Source: Candidatus Binatia bacterium | GTDB lineage: Bacteria > Desulfobacterota > Binatia > Bin18 | Direction: 5' to 3' | Assembly: GCA_965231775.1 (NCBI GenBank) | Contig: OZ246888.1 | Coordinates: 785,757 to 849,756, forward strand | Length of the DNA: 64,000 nt | Shown here: piece by piece, positions 63,922 to 64,000 of the stretch | Layout: each line of letters starts with the position of its first letter | Numbering within the stretch: position 1 is the stretch's first letter | The notes under the pieces: model-generated | What the model was told of the DNA's origin: nothing | Database searches by the model: none | What the model saw: only the letters and a program-made list of their open reading frames with translations | Made by a program: the position numbers and the translations under genes

Positions 63922-64000
63922 TACCGGACGCTGTGTGAAAAGGTACAAATCGCAGAGGCGGCCGGGGTGCATTCGGCCTGGGTGCCGGAAGCCTGGGGGC
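63874..64000 (+). CDS. 5' part of an LLM-class oxidoreductase (runs off window)
   Basis: MAYKISIGIDWQGKLDYRTLCEKVQIAEAAGVHSAWVPEAWG, matching the AE..G..S.W..E..G LLM motif. Confidence 0.8.
   Translation, partial: MAYKISIGIDWQGKLDYRTLCEKVQIAEAAGVHSAWVPEAWG

Overview
GC-rich bacterial chromosome segment with no rRNA, tRNA or CRISPR that I could recognise. It is dominated by catabolic/redox paralogues (5 amidohydrolases, 5 luciferase-like monooxygenases, 4 VOC proteins, Rieske oxygenase, P450, two amidases, a three-gene hydantoinase/oxoprolinase cluster, two M20 deacylases), interspersed with a few housekeeping genes (ilvE, pdxJ, argE, upp, infA). The gene mix resembles that of Binatota-like Deltaproteobacteria (inference only). 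Positions ~215-16864 look like a decayed accessory island (integrase, IS1, BVMO, FadL and VOC gene remnants). Four toxin-antitoxin pairs lie in 21.4-32.3 kb (HigBA, HepT/MntA, two VapBC). The most striking unexplained structure is a recurring architecture seen five times: a small cargo (HigBA; VapBC; PIN plus a membrane sulfatase-like gene; a secreted sulfurtransferase; an oxygenase cluster) bracketed by two diverged direct copies (~50-200 bp, roughly 80-98% identical, differences often synonymous) of a piece of the neighbouring host gene, with no shared att core and no intact recombinase. This fits single-crossover integration of small DNA circles through short gene homology. Other oddities: an IF-1 with an Arg/Gly-rich N-terminal extension outside the ribosomal operon, a plant/Dictyostelium-type acetylornithine deacetylase, a Tat-signal LLM oxidoreductase, an AbfD-like protein lacking its Fe-S cysteines, and a TetR whose leaderless start is triplicated into two 5-codon mini-ORFs. 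All alignments, identities and refined start codons were read by eye and need computational confirmation.
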